A stretch of DNA of 64,000 nt. Origin: Candidatus Neomicrothrix sp. UBA4542 (lineage in GTDB: Bacteria > Actinomycetota > Acidimicrobiia > Acidimicrobiales > Poriferisodalaceae). A program made the translations under genes and the position numbers. This document shows positions 18,790-29,054 of the stretch, piece after piece. The notes below the pieces were generated by a model, which searched no databases, was not told where the DNA came from, and saw only the letters and a program-made list of their open reading frames with translations. Each line of letters starts with the position of its first letter. Within the stretch, counting starts at the first letter, position 1. The DNA lies in assembly GCA_002388005.1 (NCBI GenBank), contig DGLO01000047.1, positions 45,390-109,389 of the forward strand. Reading direction: 5' to 3'.

Positions 18790-19995
18790 TTAGGTCACGT
18801 TTTCCCAAGCGCCCCGGGTATTAAATACTCCCCGCTTCCAGCGACCAGGACTGAGTAACGCCGCACGCGGATAGTCCTCAAACATCCAACGAGCGAAGTG
18901 CTTCCTGCTCCAATCAGTCGCGTTTACTAGACCGAGAGCCGTCTCAGCTAAGCCGGGTTTGGTCAAGAGCCTGCTTAGGGAACTGGCTAGGCGATGGTCG
19001 CGCTGCAAGGCGACTCGAACAGATTTTTCGTAGCGGAGCGCTGCCAAACGCGGTTGATCTTCTTCTGAGATGGCTTGAGCTGCGAGTCGCCCGGTCTCCA
19101 GAGCTTGACCAATACCCTCACCGGTCATTGGATCAGTTGCTGTCGCAGCATCCCCGACAAACATCACGCACCCGAGGCTGAGTTGCGCTCGTGGAAGTCG
19201 TGCCGGAATCGGCCACGCCTTGTGCGAAGCTTCTGGCCTGACATCACCGAGAACTTGTCTCAGATGAGGCCGTTCAAGAAGTCCGGCCCAAATAGAAGCG
19301 AGCTGTGCGCCATCGACGGCCCCGTTGCGCACCACGCCGAATCCAACATTGACACGGCCACCCTCTAACGGGAACGACCACGCGTAGCCCGGTAACAAAT
19401 CTTTTTCAAACCAGACCCATAGGTGTCGACTCCGGACACCGTCAGCGTGAAGGTATTGCCGGAACGCGTGCCAATCGCCCCGATAGCCGACGGGAGTGCA
19501 TCCCAACGCTTTGCGAACGGGAGACCACATCCCGTCGGCCGCAATCACGGTTTTCGCTGACATCGTCGTGCCATCTTGGAGCCGAACGCGCGCACCGTCG
19601 TCGTCGAGTTTGATCTGTTCAAAGCCGGTCCCTTGACGGATTTGAACACCTGAGTCGAGGGCTACTCGGACCAACTCGGCGTCTAATTCGCGACGTTCAA
19701 CAACAGCTGCGTACTGGCCTCGGTTTCGGGGAAGGCTCAGTTGGATTTCTCGTCCTTGAGGAGATCGAAGATAAACGTCGCCTATTTCGAACCAGCTAGG
19801 CATTGCAGTCGGGTGCACGCCTAGCCGTTCAAGTTCGCGTAGGGCCAAAGTTGTCAGCCCATCTCCGCAGCATTTGTCTCTTGGGAAGGTTGCCTTGTCG
19901 ACTACTACGACCTCGAGGCCAAGCTGTTTTCCCCTAATTGCAGCGGCGCAGCCGGCCGGACCGGCTCCCACGATCAGAACTTCACAAGAAGGCAC
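18790..19995 (-). CDS. Geranylgeranyl-reductase-family FAD-dependent oxidoreductase
   Basis: Dinucleotide fold VLIVGAGPAGCAAA and RDKCCGDGLT, typical of the family. Confidence 0.85.
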   Translation of the reverse strand: MPSCEVLIVGAGPAGCAAAIRGKQLGLEVVVVDKATFPRDKCCGDGLTTLALRELERLGVHPTAMPSWFEIGDVYLRSPQGREIQLSLPRNRGQYAAVVERRELDAELVRVALDSGVQIRQGTGFEQIKLDDDGARVRLQDGTTMSAKTVIAADGMWSPVRKALGCTPVGYRGDWHAFRQYLHADGVRSRHLWVWFEKDLLPGYAWSFPLEGGRVNVGFGVVRNGAVDGAQLASIWAGLLERPHLRQVLGDVRPEASHKAWPIPARLPRAQLSLGCVMFVGDAATATDPMTGEGIGQALETGRLAAQAISEEDQPRLAALRYEKSVRVALQRDHRLASSLSRLLTKPGLAETALGLVNATDWSRKHFARWMFEDYPRAALLSPGRWKRGVFNTRGAWENVT

Positions 19996-20030
19996 CTAGA
20001 CGAGGCTATCTATGTGGTCGACGCGGCATC

Positions 20031-21932
20031 TCAGCCTTGATTACCGACTGATGTGGTCGTGACGGGTGGAGGTGCCGGTGGATCATCGTCGGTTGCGGGA
20101 TCGGAAGCCTCTTCGGGGGGTTCGCCTTCAGCGATAGTCGTAGTGGTTTGTTCCGGATCGGAAGGTGTGCCGTCACAATTAAGGCCTTCCTCAGGACGAT
20201 ATGTGGCGAAGAAATGGTCGGCTTGCTCGGAGCCATCCCGCCAGATTCGGTTGCGTCGGGTCTTTACGCGAGTACAGAAGTCGAGGGCCTCCTCGGTGGG
20301 TTCGTCCAGAGTTACTTCGACATTTGAAGTGGAGTAAATGTCCACAGTGATGGAGTCATCAGTCCAACTATTCCAAATCAGCACCCCGAATGGTGTGGGG
20401 TTGGTGATAATCAGGTCGGGACGCGGATAAGAGATCGTCGCTTCGAGTCCGTAGGGATATCGTTCGAAATAGATCGAGTGCGCTTGGTAGTACTCAAAAT
20501 CCAGGCCGGCTCGAACCGCGGCATTAAATATCGTTGTGGCGAACTGAGAGACTCCGCCGCCGATGTCTTCGACGAGATGGCCCTTCGATATGAAACCGCC
20601 GATAACAAACCCCTTCTCTTCGGTGCGGCGACCGACCGTTTCGTTCAGCGACAGGCGTCCACCCGGCTTGATCCAATTGCCGTTGACGATTTCCGCGAAT
20701 TTTTGGATGTTGGTGACTCGGCCTACACAGCACGCGTACTGGGTCGTGAAAGACGACACCTTTTCAACTATCCCAAGGGCTTTCAGACGATTGACCGCTT
20801 CTCGCGGTGCTGCAGGACGGTTGGGTAAAACGTAGGGCCGACCAAGTGGATCCTCTCCAAGTGCCGTCAAAACGATGCCGACGGCCGACGTGTCACAACA
20901 AGCGGTGCCTCCATCCGAGGAGATAATGCTCACTAACTCGTCACGAATGTCGAATTTGGCTTGCCCCGCGCCTGTGTTGCCGGGCATAAGTAACTCTTCT
21001 AGAGAAGGAAGGACTAGTGGTTCGTCGATTGCAAGTTCTGCCTCTGGGCCTGAAGTGTCCAAGACAAACCAGCTTGCGACAAGACGTGATGGCAAAAGGG
21101 TCTGGTAATCGTTAAGACGCAGTTCGAGTTGGTTGTCGACGATCTTGTTAGCAGTGTCGACGAGATCGGCGACCTCCTGATCACTGAATTTGGGTAAGAG
21201 TTCGACCGTCCCAACCCGGATCGTTGGCGAACCGCCCTGTTGAATTACGTCGCCAAGGATTTGTGACGCCTCTTCAATATCAATTAGCCGTCCGACGACG
21301 CTCGGCACTAGGTGAAGACGACCTTGCAGCACTTCCAAGGAAGGCTCAACTGGCTCGCGCCGGAGTCCCTGTTGATCGTTGAGAGTCGCTTCAAGTTTCG
21401 ATCTATCAACGCTTATCTTGATTTCCGCGGAAGTAGTGGACGTCAGCGCCGAAAGCCAATTAAGTGGGCGGCTTAGGGTGCCCGTGCGGCGCGTCCGCAT
21501 AACGGCGTCGTAAGTTGCTGCTGCATTCACGGAAACACCCAAATCGCTTGCAACCCAATTCCCAGAACCGATTTCGCTTTCGATGGTGATTCTGGTGCTA
21601 GTTATCCGATCGGCGATCGCATCGACGCGCGCTCGCAAGGCGACGTCGCTCAAGCCACCCACGGTCTCGCCAGCAACTTTTACGTTGCGTACGACCCGAT
21701 CGCGGTGAATGGCCGTATCAATCGCCCAAGCACCGAAGACAGAAGCGACAACTAATACCGGTAGCCCCGCCATCAGGATCCAGCGGGGAAGGTGGAGTAG
21801 CTCGCGCACGTAAATGGATGGTAGGGCCAACACAGCGCTTAGTGCGCGCGGTCGAACTCCTCGGAATCCCGTCGCTGGGTGTGCTAGGCAAGACGGTCGA
21901 GTGGGTGCTTTCAAACACCGAAAAATGATCAC
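20031..21932 (-). CDS. VanW-domain protein, membrane-anchored, with a Thr/Pro/Asp-rich C-terminal tail
   Basis: One N-terminal TM segment (LPVLVVASVFGAWAI). VanW-like core ...GGVSQFATTIFNAAVRAGL...YQAHSIYFERYPYGLEATI. The start may be the internal ATG at 21773. Confidence 0.8.
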   Translation of the reverse strand: MIIFRCLKAPTRPSCLAHPATGFRGVRPRALSAVLALPSIYVRELLHLPRWILMAGLPVLVVASVFGAWAIDTAIHRDRVVRNVKVAGETVGGLSDVALRARVDAIADRITSTRITIESEIGSGNWVASDLGVSVNAAATYDAVMRTRRTGTLSRPLNWLSALTSTTSAEIKISVDRSKLEATLNDQQGLRREPVEPSLEVLQGRLHLVPSVVGRLIDIEEASQILGDVIQQGGSPTIRVGTVELLPKFSDQEVADLVDTANKIVDNQLELRLNDYQTLLPSRLVASWFVLDTSGPEAELAIDEPLVLPSLEELLMPGNTGAGQAKFDIRDELVSIISSDGGTACCDTSAVGIVLTALGEDPLGRPYVLPNRPAAPREAVNRLKALGIVEKVSSFTTQYACCVGRVTNIQKFAEIVNGNWIKPGGRLSLNETVGRRTEEKGFVIGGFISKGHLVEDIGGGVSQFATTIFNAAVRAGLDFEYYQAHSIYFERYPYGLEATISYPRPDLIITNPTPFGVLIWNSWTDDSITVDIYSTSNVEVTLDEPTEEALDFCTRVKTRRNRIWRDGSEQADHFFATYRPEEGLNCDGTPSDPEQTTTTIAEGEPPEEASDPATDDDPPAPPPVTTTSVGNQG

Positions 21933-21989
21933 CCAGTCGGCTAGTAACTTATTTCGGCGCCGATTCAGGGGCTGGCGAAGGGGTCAACG

Positions 21990-22907
21990 ATGAGCAAGCT
22001 GTGCGAAGGTCGGGTCGTAATCGTGACGGGTGGTGCCCGGGGGATAGGACGTGAGCATTGTTTGATGCTCGCTGAACATGGAGCGAAAGTTGTTGTCAAC
22101 GACTTAGGCGGTGCCCGCGACGGAACGGGATCTGATCAGGGACCAGCTGACGAGGTTGTCGCTGAGATCGAAGGAATGGGCGGTGAGGCGGTCGCCAACG
22201 GAGATGACGTGTCGGATTGGGAAGGAGCGCAGAGGATGGTCAATCAAGCCATTGAGACGTTCGGTGACCTGACTGGCATCGTCAGCAACGCAGGCATTCT
22301 TCGTGACCGCATGTTGGTCAATATGACCGAAGCGGAATGGGACGCCGTGATCCAGGTCCACCTCAAGGGCACCTTTGCTCCGGCTCGTTGGGCGGCATCG
22401 TACTGGCGAGAGAAAGCTAAAGCCGGCGAACCGGTGAATGCATCGATCGTCAACACAAGTTCAGTTTCGGGGTTATACGGCAATCCAGGCCAAACCAACT
22501 ACGGAGTTGCGAAGATGGGCATTGCGGCGTTCACGGTTATAGCCGCGCGTGAATTGCAGCGATATGGCGTGAGGGTCAACGCCATCGCTCCGGGAGCGTT
22601 GACTCGAATGACCGAAGATCTTGGTTTGGGTCAAGCATCAGAAGAAGACAGAGCGCTAATGCATCCTCGTTACATCGCTCCCATAGTTACCTGGCTACAA
22701 AGCGCAGAGTCGGCTGACGTTACCGGCAGAGTCTTCGAGGCGTCGGGCCGGTTCTTGGGAGTCGCTAACGGATGGCATCGTGGCCCTGTTAGTGATGCCG
22801 TAGATGACCCAACTCAAATCGCAGAGGTGGCTCGCCGGCTTGTGTCCGAAGCGCAACTCAACTCGGGTATGGACGGCCAGCCATATGACGGAGGGCTGCT
22901 TAGCTGA
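21990..22907 (+). CDS. SDR-family oxidoreductase (MFE-2-type 3-hydroxyacyl-CoA dehydrogenase-like)
   Basis: VVIVTGGARGIGRE, SNAG, and YGVAK catalytic motif. Adjacent to a double-hotdog hydratase. Confidence 0.88.
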   Translation: MSKLCEGRVVIVTGGARGIGREHCLMLAEHGAKVVVNDLGGARDGTGSDQGPADEVVAEIEGMGGEAVANGDDVSDWEGAQRMVNQAIETFGDLTGIVSNAGILRDRMLVNMTEAEWDAVIQVHLKGTFAPARWAASYWREKAKAGEPVNASIVNTSSVSGLYGNPGQTNYGVAKMGIAAFTVIAARELQRYGVRVNAIAPGALTRMTEDLGLGQASEEDRALMHPRYIAPIVTWLQSAESADVTGRVFEASGRFLGVANGWHRGPVSDAVDDPTQIAEVARRLVSEAQLNSGMDGQPYDGGLLS

Positions 22908-22946
22908 GCTAAGCATTAGCAACCAAATGAACCTAAGGAGATTGTT

Positions 22947-23825
22947 ATGGCTATCGACCCCAATGCTGTAGGTGCTACAGGCAATCCGAGCGAACAATCT
23001 TGGGGCTACCGCGACTCGCTCCTATATGCAGTCGGAATCGGGGCGGGCGCTGAAGATCCCTTCGGTTCAGAACTAGAATTCACCACCAACAACTCAAAGG
23101 AAATCGAACAACAGACCTTTCCCACACAAGGTGTTGTCATTGGCTTCGGCGCAGGCGGAGCGCTCGGCAAGGTGGGAGAAATTGACTGGGGTCGAGTACT
23201 CCACGGTTCTCAAGGAATCACTCTTCATCAACCGATCCCGGTCCAGGGAACCGTCGTCGTCGAGGAAAAAGTCAGCGGAATTTGGGACAAGGGGGAAGGC
23301 AAGAACGCAATCATCGATACTGAAGCCAACGCCACCCTGAAAGAAACTGGTGAACCTCTATTTGACTTGCGTGCATCGCTTGTTGTCCGAGGATCAGGGG
23401 GGTTTGGAGGCGAGGAAGGAAACACTGCCCCTCAGGTACATGCGCCTGACGCTTCACCCGATCACGAAGTTACGTACCAAACCCGACGGGACCAAGCGCT
23501 AACTTACAGACTTTCTGGCGACTACAACCCCTTACACAGTGATCCTTGGTTCGCTACCGAACTCGGAGGATTTCCAACACCGATCCTTCACGGACTATGC
23601 ACGTATGGGTTTACGGGCCGGGCGCTCCTACAAGCGCTTTGTGGAGGAGACCCGGCACGATTTGGGAGCATGGACTCGCGATTTTCTTCCCCTGTTTTTC
23701 CGGGCGATTCTCTGACAGTTCAAATGTGGATCGATGGCGGAAGCGCGATTTACCGCACGATCGCCCAAAAGGACACCGCAGAGGAACGAACCGTTATTGA
23801 CAACGGAGTCTGCACTTTTAGTTGA
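22947..23825 (+). CDS. MaoC-type double-hotdog enoyl-CoA hydratase 2
   Basis: YRLSGDYNPLHSDP and GFPTPILHGLCTYG match the hydratase-2 motif. The N-terminal half is a second, degenerate hotdog. Confidence 0.85.
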   Translation: MAIDPNAVGATGNPSEQSWGYRDSLLYAVGIGAGAEDPFGSELEFTTNNSKEIEQQTFPTQGVVIGFGAGGALGKVGEIDWGRVLHGSQGITLHQPIPVQGTVVVEEKVSGIWDKGEGKNAIIDTEANATLKETGEPLFDLRASLVVRGSGGFGGEEGNTAPQVHAPDASPDHEVTYQTRRDQALTYRLSGDYNPLHSDPWFATELGGFPTPILHGLCTYGFTGRALLQALCGGDPARFGSMDSRFSSPVFPGDSLTVQMWIDGGSAIYRTIAQKDTAEERTVIDNGVCTFS

Positions 23826-23858
23826 GCTCAGCGCCTAGCTGCTAGCGCGTGGTAAGAC

Positions 23859-24530
23859 TCAGAAAAGCTTCAGTTCGCTGCTCTCGATGCCGCGAAGTTC
23901 GTCGTAGTCAATGACCAAGCATCTGATGCCTCGGTCTTCAGCGAGTACGCGTGCTTGCGGTTTGATTTCCTGCGCAGCAAGAATTCCGGTGACGGGTCGA
24001 AGGTTTCCGTCCCGGTTGAGATACTCGAGATAGCGACATAGCTGCTCCACACCGTCGATCTCACCTCGGCGTTTAATCTCGATGGCGACTGCAACACCTT
24101 CGGCATCTCTACACAGGAGATCGACTGGGCCTATGTCGGTTGGGTATTCCCTGCGTACCAGCACCATCCCTGCCGTTATCGTTTCCACATTTGCTGCCAG
24201 GAGCTCTTGCAGATGTGCTTCGACGCCGTCTTTTTGAAGGCCAGGGTCTGAGCCCATCTCCTCGGCAAAGTCAGAGAAAATTTCGTGCAGTCGGATTGTG
24301 AGTTGCTCCTTCTTTTCATTGGTGACCGTCCAGACCATCTCACCTTGTTCTTCGTGTTCGCGAACTTGATTTGGCGCGTTCATCCAGTTCAAAGGCTTAT
24401 AAGCGCCGCCATCAGCGTGTACGGCTACGCATCCATCTGCTTTAACCATGATCAAGCGAACCGCAGGTGAGAGGTGAGCGTCTAGACGCCCGGAGTAGTC
24501 GACCGTGCATTTGGCGATAACTAGTCGCAT
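23859..24530 (-). CDS. nucS: Endonuclease NucS (EndoMS, non-canonical mismatch repair)
   Basis: N-terminus [16 protein letters not shown] and the C-terminal RecB-like nuclease core D..C.D..G..VAIEIKR. Confidence 0.93.
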   Translation of the reverse strand: MRLVIAKCTVDYSGRLDAHLSPAVRLIMVKADGCVAVHADGGAYKPLNWMNAPNQVREHEEQGEMVWTVTNEKKEQLTIRLHEIFSDFAEEMGSDPGLQKDGVEAHLQELLAANVETITAGMVLVRREYPTDIGPVDLLCRDAEGVAVAIEIKRRGEIDGVEQLCRYLEYLNRDGNLRPVTGILAAQEIKPQARVLAEDRGIRCLVIDYDELRGIESSELKLF

Positions 24531-24585
24531 TGTCGGCTGAACCTAGTCACGGCGATGGTAGGCGGCGCGGATGCCGCGATATAGA

Positions 24586-25584
24586 TCAAGAGAGCTTGTA
24601 GGTGGCGGTTAGCTTGGGTTCTCCGCCCGCTTCGACGACCTCGGCCCGGCCAGTCTCAACCATGTGCAGTAGATGGGCATGAACGGAACCAGCGGCGGGA
24701 TACCAGAGTCTCTTGTCGTAGGTTGCGTACATTTCGGGCACAAAGTCTGCGATCTTTCGCGGGCCCGTGCGAAGAAAGTTGACGATTTGCTCCTCGCGTT
24801 CCTCGCGATGATTGATGAAACTCTGGACGTAATCAACAGGATTGGGAATGGCGGGACCATGGGTCGGCCAATACCGCTCATGTTGAAAGGGCAACAGCTT
24901 TTTCAGAGATTCCATGTAGTTCTTCATTGAGCCATCGGGCGGGCCCACAACGCTCGTAGCCCATCCCATTACGTGATCTCCAGAAAACAGGCTGTGTTCT
25001 TCTTTCAATTCAAAACAAAGATGATTTGAGCAATGGCCAGGGGTATGGATTGCGCCGATCGTCCAACCGGAGCCGTGGACTATGTCGCCGTCAGCAAGAA
25101 CGATGTCCGGCGCGAACTCAGTATCGGCTCCTTCCCGCTTTAGCTCTTCGGGAAGTTCGTCATATTCCTTGCGGTACTGCTCCTGTTCGTCGCTAGAGAT
25201 GTACTCGGAGAAATCGACTCGATCGTCGGGATCATCCTCTCGAACCGTCCCGTGCGGGCCGTAACCATAAGAAATCGCTCCCGTGCGTTCTTTCAATTGT
25301 TTGGTGAGAGGCGAATGATCGCTGTGGGTGTGAGTAATGAAGGCATGGGTGATCACTTCCCCCGGGTTGAGCGCCTCCAAAATGTCGTCGAGGTGGCTCA
25401 AGAGAGGAGGGCCGGGGTCGATAACGGCGACTTCTCCGTGGCCGACCAGGTAGGTGCCCGTTCCCTTGTAGGTAAATGGTGTGGGGTTCTTGCAAATAAC
25501 TCTGCGAACGTGCGGCGTCACCTGATCGCAGGTTCCGTACTTGAAGTCGCCAAGGTCGTGATAGTGCTGAATGGTTGTGGACAT
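24586..25584 (-). CDS. MBL-fold metallo-hydrolase
   Basis: HxHxDH motif ITHTHSDHS and downstream HTPGH. Confidence 0.88.
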   Translation of the reverse strand: MSTTIQHYHDLGDFKYGTCDQVTPHVRRVICKNPTPFTYKGTGTYLVGHGEVAVIDPGPPLLSHLDDILEALNPGEVITHAFITHTHSDHSPLTKQLKERTGAISYGYGPHGTVREDDPDDRVDFSEYISSDEQEQYRKEYDELPEELKREGADTEFAPDIVLADGDIVHGSGWTIGAIHTPGHCSNHLCFELKEEHSLFSGDHVMGWATSVVGPPDGSMKNYMESLKKLLPFQHERYWPTHGPAIPNPVDYVQSFINHREEREEQIVNFLRTGPRKIADFVPEMYATYDKRLWYPAAGSVHAHLLHMVETGRAEVVEAGGEPKLTATYKLS

Positions 25585-25594
25585 GATTCTCCGC

Positions 25595-26539
25595 TTAGAG
25601 CGCTTGCTCAGATCGATCCCAACATGAGGTTATGAAATTGTGTGCTCGGCGATTCGCTACTTGTGCCGCTGCACCCGGCAATACCGTAAATCCGTGAATA
25701 GCTTCTGGGTAAACATCAAGAGTCACGTCGCAGTCAGCGGACCTGAGTCGCGCAGCCATAAATAAGCTGTCATCAAGCAACGGATCTTTCGTACCTACCG
25801 TTACCAGCGAAGGCGGCAAACCCCGAAGATCTGCATAAAGGGGAGAAATGCGCGGGTCCTTGGGATCCTCATCGCCCTGCAGGAAATGGCTGTAGAACCA
25901 ACGCAGTGTTTTAGTAGGAATAAGAGGCAAATCTTCTCCGAGTAACTGACTTGGGGTCATGCTCAGATCAAAGACGCCGTACACGAGGTTTAGCCCAGCC
26001 AATCGATCTAGCATCCCGAGTCGATCTCGGACCCGCAACGCGGTGGTAGCGGTGAGGTGCCCTCCAGCGGATTCGCCGCCGATAACCAGCCAGCGAACCC
26101 CCCACTCTTCCTCAGAATTATCGAGAACCCATTGAGCAGCAGCTTCGCAATCGTCCAGCGCGGTCGGATAAGGAAATTCTGGCGCAAGTCGATACTCCAC
26201 CGAAATCGCCACTGAATCGGTATTCAACGCGACAGCCTCAAGTTTTGGATCCCGATCGAAGGCGGAACCAATCACCCACCCTCCGCCGTGCAAATGCAGG
26301 TACACACCCCGAGGGTTCGGCGGAACAAACATTCGAAGCTCAATTTCTGCGCCGGGAATCTGAATTTGTCGTGTTACTCCATTCTCGAGGATCGGTTGCG
26401 GAGCAACCCCCGGAAGGCCCTTTCGTGCGTCGGCGACAGACCCATCAGAGAAATTCCCGGCACCGAGAAGATGGCCAATCGCTTCGTTGTCGGTCTGCGT
26501 AACCATTCGGAGCGATTCAAGTTCAGGATCCGCAATCAT
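25595..26539 (-). CDS. Alpha/beta hydrolase (HSL-type esterase/lipase)
   Basis: Oxyanion HGGGW, nucleophile elbow GESAGG, and a C-terminal catalytic His context (AIHGF). Confidence 0.88.
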   Translation of the reverse strand: MIADPELESLRMVTQTDNEAIGHLLGAGNFSDGSVADARKGLPGVAPQPILENGVTRQIQIPGAEIELRMFVPPNPRGVYLHLHGGGWVIGSAFDRDPKLEAVALNTDSVAISVEYRLAPEFPYPTALDDCEAAAQWVLDNSEEEWGVRWLVIGGESAGGHLTATTALRVRDRLGMLDRLAGLNLVYGVFDLSMTPSQLLGEDLPLIPTKTLRWFYSHFLQGDEDPKDPRISPLYADLRGLPPSLVTVGTKDPLLDDSLFMAARLRSADCDVTLDVYPEAIHGFTVLPGAAAQVANRRAHNFITSCWDRSEQAL

Positions 26540-26704
26540 GACCTGGACGGTAGTCGCGACTGCAGGTTCAAGGGTTCCTCCGACAAATCCGGTTGTGGTG
26601 ATTCACTCATAGGGAGGGACAAACGTGATATCGCACATTTAGCTTTCGATCGGTCCCGAGTCGCGCCGCCGGACTCCCTAAACTCCAGATAGGAGGAACC
26701 CAAC

Positions 26705-27487
26705 GTGCTGATTGTCCTGTCACCCGCCAAGACCCTCGATTTTGATTCCGAGCTTCAGACCCACAAACATTCGTTGCCAGCATTGGTTAACGAGTCCGCG
26801 AAGCTTGTAAAGACTCTGATCAAGAAATCGCCCGATGACTTAGGTCAACTAATGCACCTGTCGCCCGCTTTGGCTGACTTGAGCGCAGAGCGTTATCAGG
26901 ACTGGGAAGCCGAATTTACGACTGAAAATTCTCGACCAGCTCTTTTGGCGTTCAAGGGCGACGTATACGTCGGCATGGACGTAAACCGCTACAACGAACG
27001 AGACTTTACCCGAGCTCAAAAAACACTCCGTATTTTGTCTGGCTTACACGGAGTTCTTCGACCCCTAGACCTCATTCAGCCGTACAGACTTGAGATGGGT
27101 ACCAGGCTCGCGACTGACCGAGGAACCGATCTGTACGAATTTTGGGGCGACCGAATTACCGCAATACTCAACACGGACCTTGAAGGTCATCGCTCCCGCG
27201 TTCTAATTAATTTGGCCTCGAAAGAATATTTCTCAGCGATTGACGAAAGCCTTCTTTCGGCCCGCGTTGTGAGTCCACGATTCCTGGACGAGAAAAACGG
27301 GAAGTTTAAAATCATCAGCTTTTATGCCAAACGAGCTCGTGGGGCGATGGCTTCGTGGCTAATTCTTAATCGGGTTGAAACCCCAGGCTCGATTGTTGAG
27401 TTCGCTGAAATGGGTTACAGATACGCTCCCGATAGGAGCACTTCCGACGAGCCCACCTTTGTCAGAGCTGAAGGTGTCTCTAACTGA
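26705..27487 (+). CDS. yaaA: Peroxide stress protein YaaA (UPF0246/DUF328)
   Basis: N-terminus (M)LIVLSPAKTLDF and ...YAKRARG. GTG start with AGGAGGA upstream. Confidence 0.9.
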   Translation: MLIVLSPAKTLDFDSELQTHKHSLPALVNESAKLVKTLIKKSPDDLGQLMHLSPALADLSAERYQDWEAEFTTENSRPALLAFKGDVYVGMDVNRYNERDFTRAQKTLRILSGLHGVLRPLDLIQPYRLEMGTRLATDRGTDLYEFWGDRITAILNTDLEGHRSRVLINLASKEYFSAIDESLLSARVVSPRFLDEKNGKFKIISFYAKRARGAMASWLILNRVETPGSIVEFAEMGYRYAPDRSTSDEPTFVRAEGVSN

Positions 27488-27489
27488 GG

Positions 27490-28788
27490 TTAAAGAATCC
27501 CCATCCGTCGGGCGCTTTCTTCCAATTCCGATCGATGATCTGGGTGGGCTACAGCTATGAGTTGTTCGGCCTTGTGACGCACCGAGGCGTCTTGGAGTCG
27601 CGCGATCCCAAATTCGGTGACGACGACGTCAACGTCGTATCGAGTCGCGGTCACCGCGTTCACGCTTATTTGAGGCACGATTCGAGACGCCGTGCCTCCG
27701 CGGGCGGTTGCGGGCATTAAATGAATAGACATTGCTGAATCGGACATCTGACATCCGCGAAGGAAGTCCAAGGCCCCTCCGACACCACTGTGTTGGACAC
27801 CGTTGATCATCTCGGAATTGACCTGGCCCCAAAGGTCAATTTCTAATGCGCCGTTGACACATCTCATGTCGCGGTTAGCGGCAATCTGGGCGTGGTTCAG
27901 AGCGACGTCAGCCGGCACGATATGACAGTCGGGGTTGTCGTCGACGAAGTTGAAGGTCTCGGGAAGGGCGATCGTAAAAACAGTCTTGTTGGGGAACAAA
28001 GTTTTCAAGCGGTTTGTCGCAGCGCCCGATCGCATTAGATCCATGAGCCCTTGCCCCATGACCTCAGTGTGAATCCCTAAATCGTTTTTGTGAGTTAACC
28101 GAGCAAGCGCTACCTCGGTCAAACCTCCGACGCCTGATTGAACTGTTGCGCCGTCTGGGATTAGCTCGTCAAGTGCATCAACAAACGGATCTAGATCGGA
28201 TGGAGGGGTGCGCTCATCGAAGATCGGCATTGACCCCTTGAGCGGCACGTGAATGAGAGCATCAAATTCTTCAATTCTGAATGAATCACCGTGGATGTAA
28301 GGCACTACAGGATTAACCAGGCCAAAAACGAGATCCCCGTCTTTTCGGGCTCGCCGAACTAGGGCATCGTTTCCCGCCATTGCCGACCCCGGTGGAACTG
28401 TGCCATCAGGCAGTGGCGTTCCGACTTGTACGCATGCGACGCGAGGAGGGTTACGTCTGCCAAATCGACCCCAATCTTCGAGCCGGACCGGTACTAATTC
28501 TGCCTGCGCGCCAGCCTCTCGAAGAATTTGGGTAAGGAACGGAGCTCGAAGTTCGAGGTTCGCTGCCATAGCGATCGCGGTACCGCCCTTTCGTGGCGCG
28601 GGTACGAAGACGGCGACGTCTTTTAGGTCGGTGCGTTCGGCAAGGGCGTAGAGAAATGCTGTGGGTTCCGGCAAGCTCGCTCCGACCAGGTCACCATCGC
28701 GAACTTGAGCCGCGGCAGCCTCAGGGGTCGTGATTAGATCCGGCCAAGCTTGCGTCCAGTCGAAACCACTTCTGTCCTCTGCGACCAC
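27490..28788 (-). CDS. Acetyl-CoA hydrolase/transferase family (4-hydroxybutyrate CoA-transferase-like)
   Basis: C-terminal signature SGVGGALDFLRG and EFGIA. The start is taken at GTG 28788 because the preceding 48 codons of the track ORF (to 28932) look non-homologous. The start remains uncertain. Confidence 0.8.
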   Translation of the reverse strand: MVAEDRSGFDWTQAWPDLITTPEAAAAQVRDGDLVGASLPEPTAFLYALAERTDLKDVAVFVPAPRKGGTAIAMAANLELRAPFLTQILREAGAQAELVPVRLEDWGRFGRRNPPRVACVQVGTPLPDGTVPPGSAMAGNDALVRRARKDGDLVFGLVNPVVPYIHGDSFRIEEFDALIHVPLKGSMPIFDERTPPSDLDPFVDALDELIPDGATVQSGVGGLTEVALARLTHKNDLGIHTEVMGQGLMDLMRSGAATNRLKTLFPNKTVFTIALPETFNFVDDNPDCHIVPADVALNHAQIAANRDMRCVNGALEIDLWGQVNSEMINGVQHSGVGGALDFLRGCQMSDSAMSIHLMPATARGGTASRIVPQISVNAVTATRYDVDVVVTEFGIARLQDASVRHKAEQLIAVAHPDHRSELEESARRMGIL

Positions 28789-28977
28789 GCATAGAAGGTA
28801 TCCCAAGGTTGAGTAAATAGTGAGCGAATGACAGCTGGGAAGGTCGTTCCTGGACTCTCGCTTGCATAACTGGGGGCAGCGGTGCCTATAGTGCCGGACA
28901 GTTGTGATGCTTTTCTGCATCTCGAATTGCACTTTTCAAATACCGCTGGGGGACCGGCATTAGGGGCCGAGATCTGG

Positions 28978-29013
28978 CTGGGTGGCTGCCAAGAGGGGGA
29001 GGCAGCCACCCAG
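28978..29013. promoter_or_regulatory. Perfect 13-bp inverted repeat (CTGGGTGGCTGCC-N10-GGCAGCCACCCAG) about 42 nt upstream of the PEP-utilizing-enzyme gene
   Basis: Read directly: arms at 28978-28990 and 29001-29013, with a purine-rich loop AAGAGGGGGA. Confidence 0.5.
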
Positions 29014-29054
29014 TCCATCGGTCTGTTGCAGGTTCGCTCGTTTAGGAGGAGCAA

